Assembly (NCBI RefSeq): GCF_964213995.1
Contig: NW_027590163.1
Coordinates: forward strand, 1-64,000
Length of the DNA stretch: 64,000 nt
Reading direction: 5' to 3'
DNA from: Mustelus asterias
Taxonomy: Eukaryota
The notes beneath the pieces are model-generated. The model searched no databases. It saw only the letters and a list, made by a program, of their open reading frames with translations, and was not told where the DNA came from. This document shows, one piece after another, positions 59,760 to 64,000 of this stretch; the stretch's first letter is position 1, and every line of letters starts with the position of its first letter. The position numbers and the translations under genes were made by a program.

Positions 59760-60060
59760 TTAAAGTTTATTTATTTGTGTCACAAGTAGGCTCACATTAA
59801 CACTGCAATGAAGTTACTGTGAAAATCCCCTCGTCACCACACTCCGGCGCCTGTTCGGGTTACACTGAGGGAGAATTTAGCACGGCCAATGCACCCTAAC
59901 CAGCACATCTTTTAGACTGTGGGAGGAAACAGGAGCAGCTGGAGGAAACCCAGGCAGACACGGGGAGAACATGCAGACACCACATGGACAGTGACCCAAG
60001 CCGAGAATCGATCCCTGGCGCTGTGAGGCAGCAATGCCAACCACTGTGCCACCGTGCCGC
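59760..60060 (-). mobile_element. V-SINE, alternative-tail subfamily
   Basis: Reverse complement of the 877-1170 type. Confidence 0.85.
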
Positions 60061-60519
60061 AGCTGGCGTAGTGTACTGGCGAGAGAGATCTTCAAGCTCT
60101 GATTAGCCTCAACATTTGAAACTGTGTGAATAAGGGTATTGTACACAATCAGATAAAGGGATAACATGAACCAGTTCTCTTGTATTCCTGTCTGAGACAG
60201 TGATAGAAAGTGGTGTCAGTAATTGAGGATCCAATTCAATTAATCTGGTGACCAAATTGATCAATTGTCATGTTACAACAGGCCCAACTCTGACGTGTGG
60301 TAACGGTCACTTTGGGGATAAAAGTAGAGGTTCTGAAGGTTTTTCATGTGAACCAAATTCTGAAGACTCCCAAGGCTGAATTCCAAGGAAATTGCTGTCA
60401 AAGAAGGAGCCAGACTCCCAAAGTTGATTTCCACAAGAATTCCTGACAAAGAAGGAGCCAGAGAGGGTTACTCTTCTACAGACTGATCACCCGCATGAAG
60501 CTGTAAAAGTCAATGTCTT

Positions 60520-60783
60520 AAAGTTTATTTATTAGTCACAAGTAGGCTTACATTCACGCTGCAATGAAGTTACTGTGAAATTCCCCTAGTTGCCACAATC
60601 TGGCACCTGTTCAGGTACACTTAATGAGAATTTAGCATGGCCAATCCACCTAACCTGCACATCATTGGCTGTGGGAGGAAACCGGAGGAAACCCATGCAG
60701 ACATGGGGAGAATGTGCAGACTCCGCACAGACAGGGACCCAAGCCAGGACGCTGTAAGGCAGCAGTAACCATTGTGCCACTGT
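60520..60783 (-). mobile_element. V-SINE, alternative-tail subfamily
   Basis: Reverse complement of the 877-1170 type. Confidence 0.8.
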
Positions 60784-62661
60784 GTTCAGTAAACCTTTTT
60801 CATTCAATAAACTTCTTTTTAAATTTACGATCCAGAGAATTCTGCCTTTACCACAAAGAGGGCAGGGAACAGATAAAGAGAAACCATTTGTGTCCAGAAC
60901 ATTGTGAACATCCTTTTACTCTGGTTGTCTTTGATCCTCAAGTAATTTTCTGTTTGTTTTAATCATGTTCTGTTTCATTAATAAACTTTTATCAGTAACA
61001 ATATTTGATTTTGCTGGACTTTTCCTGATGAGATTGATACACTTTAGGGAAAGTGGGTGAGAGGGGTTGGCAGGCTCTTTAACAGAAAGTGAGTCCCTCG
61101 AAGGTAATTGGCAAAGGGGTCAGAGGGGGAGATGAGATTTTATTTTTTGACACAACAAATTGTTCTGATCTGCTTGAAAGATTCAATAGTATATTTCCAA
61201 AGGGTAAAGACTTGAAAGGGAAGAATTTGCAGGGCTGTGGGGAAAGAACAGAGCAGTTGGATAAATCAGAGTGTTCTTTAAAAGAGATAGCAGGGACATG
61301 ATGGGCTGAATGGTCTCCTCCTGCAGCCTGTCAATCTCAGCCTCCTGCTTTTGTGCAGGTTAAAAGGGACAGATTTCAGTGCAGCCTCTTCCCTGTATCT
61401 GTATTTAAAGAGACAGGTTTCTCTTTAGCTCTGAGTAACTGATATAACAATTGGTTGGAGGCCCATTTCCCACTCAGTCCTCCAGCACCTTCCTGTCTCT
61501 CTATTAGTGCGACGTCCATGGCAGTTTCCCAACTGGGGCGCAGGCCCCATTATTCTCAGCTAAATTCAGCTCTCAGCTCCGTCGCCTGGCTGTCATTGAC
61601 ACGAGCAATAGAGAGACAGAAAGGTGTCCCAGACTCAAATGGGAAGTCGAAACGTGTGGCTTTAAATGAACTGTTAGGATCTCTGACGATCAACAATTTT
61701 TAAAAATGAATTCTAAACCCAGTAAACAAATTAAAGAATCACATGACAAAACTTCAAGTTTTCTGATGTTTCCTCCAACAAACTGGAAGCAACAATGATT
61801 AAACACTTTTTCATAGGGAACATAGCCCTTAAACTGTAAAATTAAACTTTGCCCTTTTACTCTTAACACCATTAAATATCCACTCAATGGATATATTTTA
61901 CCCTGCCTTGGAATGTTGACATACTTTCTCCAAAAACCAGCCCAAAGTGATTCTTTACTCCAAGGGTTTATTTCCATTGTTTTCCTTTTCCAGTCTGGCA
62001 ACCTTTAATCCCAGAACTGTCCTTCACAGTGATGGTTCTCCTGGACATTTTCCCACGAACACAAGCAAGGCGAATCTTCCAGCCTTGGTTCAGAATTCTC
62101 AGGAATTTGTGACCAACATTCGACATCAGAGCAGAAGTAACCATTTGGCCCTTTGAGTCTGCTCCATCATTTATTTAGATCATGGATGATCTTTTTGTGT
62201 TGCGTTCTCGTGCTATACCTGATACTTTTGATGTCCTTATCGAACAAGAATGAGTATAAAGGCAAAATTCTGCTGTTGTTGGAAACTGAAACAAAAACAG
62301 AAAACGCTGGACAATCTCAGCAAGTCTGACAGCATCTGTAAAGAGAGAATAGAGACAACATTTTGAGTCAGGATTACTCTTTATCAGAGGTGAAGACAAG
62401 AAAAATCGGATAAAATTTATCCTGTGAGGGTCAAGAATTGGGAAGCAATCTATTAAACCTCCTCTGAACCACTTTCAATGCATTTGTATCATTTCTTAAA
62501 TAGGAGACAAAGCTGCAGCCAGTGTTCAAGATGCAGTCTCAGCAACGCCCTGTATAACTGAAGTACATGATGTGGAGATGCCGGCGTTGGACTGGGGTAA
62601 GCACAGTAAGAAGTCTCACAACACCAGGTTAAAGTCCAACAGGTTTATTTGGTAGCAAATA

Positions 62662-62698
62662 CCATAAGCTTTCGGAGCAATGCTCCTTCGTCAGATGG
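62662..62698 (-). ncRNA. Minimal hammerhead ribozyme motif
   Basis: ccat-CTGACGA-a-GGAGC att GCTCC-GAAA-GCTT-atgg. Confidence 0.75.
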
Positions 62699-62722
62699 AG
62701 TGGTCTCTGTTCTGAGACCACT

Positions 62723-62759
62723 CCATCTGACGAAGGAGCATTGCTCCGAAAGCTTATGG
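62723..62759 (+). ncRNA. Minimal hammerhead ribozyme motif
   Basis: ccat-CTGACGA-a-GGAGC att GCTCC-GAAA-GCTT-atgg. Confidence 0.75.
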
Positions 62760-62837
62760 TATTTGCTACCAAATAAACCTGTTGGACTGTAACTGAAGTA
62801 CAACATCTTTACTTCTCTGTTCAATTTCTCTCGTAAT

Positions 62838-63625
62838 AGAACAAAGAAAATTACAGCAGTAACAGGCCCTTCAGCCCTCCAAGCCTGCACCGACCATGGT
62901 GCCTGACTTATCTAAAAACCCCTACCCTTCCGGGGACCACATCCCTCTATTCCCATCCCATTCATGTACTTGTCAAGACGCCCCTTAAAAGTCTCGACCG
63001 TATCCACTTCCACTACCTCCCCCGCCAACGAGTTCCAGGCACCCACTACTCTCTATGTAAAAAATCTGCCTCGTACATCTCCTTTAAACCTCGCACCTTA
63101 AACCTATGCCCCCTAGTAATTGACTCTTCCACCCTGGGAAAAAGCTTCTGACTATCCACTCTGTCCATGCCCCTCATAATCTTGTAGACTTCTATCAGGT
63201 CTCCCCTCAACCTCCGTCACTCCAGTGAGAACAAACCAAGTTTCTTCAACCTCTCCTCATAGTTAATGCGCTCCATACCAGACAACATCCTGGTAAATCT
63301 TTTCTGTACCCTCTCCAAAGCCTCCACATCCTTCTGGTAGTGTGGCGACCAGAATTGAACACTATATTCCAAGTGCGGCCTAACTAAGCTTCTATAAAGC
63401 TGCAACATGACTTACCAATTTTTAAACTCAATACCCCGGCCGATGAAGGCAAGCATGCCGTATGCCTTCTAGACTACCTTCTCCACCTGCATTGCCACTT
63501 TCAGTGACCTGTGTACCTGTACACCCAGATCCCTTTGCCTATCAATACTCTTAAGGGTTCTGCCATTTACTGTATATTTTCTATCTGTATTAGACCTTCC
63601 AAAATACATTACCTCACATTTGTCC
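62838..63625 (-). mobile_element. CR1 LINE 3' fragment
   Basis: MLQLYRSLVRPHLEYSVQFWSPHYQKDVEALERVQKRFTRML, plus 3' tail. Confidence 0.9.
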
Positions 63626-64000
63626 GGAATAATAAAGGATAACATTCCATTTGTCAGAACTTTGATTTGTTTGAACTAAGATTTATGGGGGTTCTCTTGT
63701 TTACAAGAACCTCCCTAATCGTAAATCACACCAGGTTCCAGTGTCTTAACCATATGGCAAGAAAGAACACTTTAAATGGTGAATTCAGAAAGTTATTAAA
63801 TCATTAAAAATTTAACAAGTCAGAAAGATAAAAAAAACAGAGTGTTGATTAACAGTTAATAGAGAAAGTTTAACATTAACAATTGAACAGACTTCTCTCC
63901 ATCCCTCTCAGACCAGGACATGAAGTGACCGCTCCGAAAACGTGGATAACTTGTAAAACCAACAGCTCTCAACACCTCTCTGTAAACATATCTCCCTCCA

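Larger units (their letters stand above)
62568..62789 (-). mobile_element. Fold-back Penelope pLTR insertion with 13-bp TSD
   Basis: TSD TAACTGAAGTACA at 62555-62567 and 62790-62802; perfect 75-bp inverted arms. Confidence 0.9.

Overview
Eukaryotic genomic DNA from a cartilaginous fish. The shark IgM protein sequence and HE1/V-SINE and Deu-type SINEs point to a shark, probably carcharhiniform (inference). Three gene systems are interleaved. (1) Eight KRAB-less C2H2 zinc-finger genes or pseudogenes of the MEKPWKC type, with paralogous CpG promoters. (2) An ~11 kb island (6.8-17.3 kb) of at least eight TCR alpha/delta-type V segments in mixed orientation with 23-RSS. Most are pseudogenes, one is intact, and no TCR D, J or C was seen. 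(3) A complete, intact IgM heavy-chain constant region on the minus strand (CH1-CH4, secretory tail, TM1, TM2). No JH, D or VH was found in the 16.6 kb upstream of it. Its J-C-intron-like DNA carries a G-rich 20-bp tandem repeat resembling a switch region and ends abruptly at a 5'-truncated zinc-finger gene. Repeats include a 2.8 kb 67-bp minisatellite, many SINE and CR1 fragments, and Penelope-like retroelement pieces. The Penelope pieces carry minimal hammerhead ribozymes with covarying stems and fold-back junctions, and one has captured a piece of a neighbouring TCR V segment. There is one assembly gap (51615-51797). All calls were made by eye; repeat boundaries are approximate.
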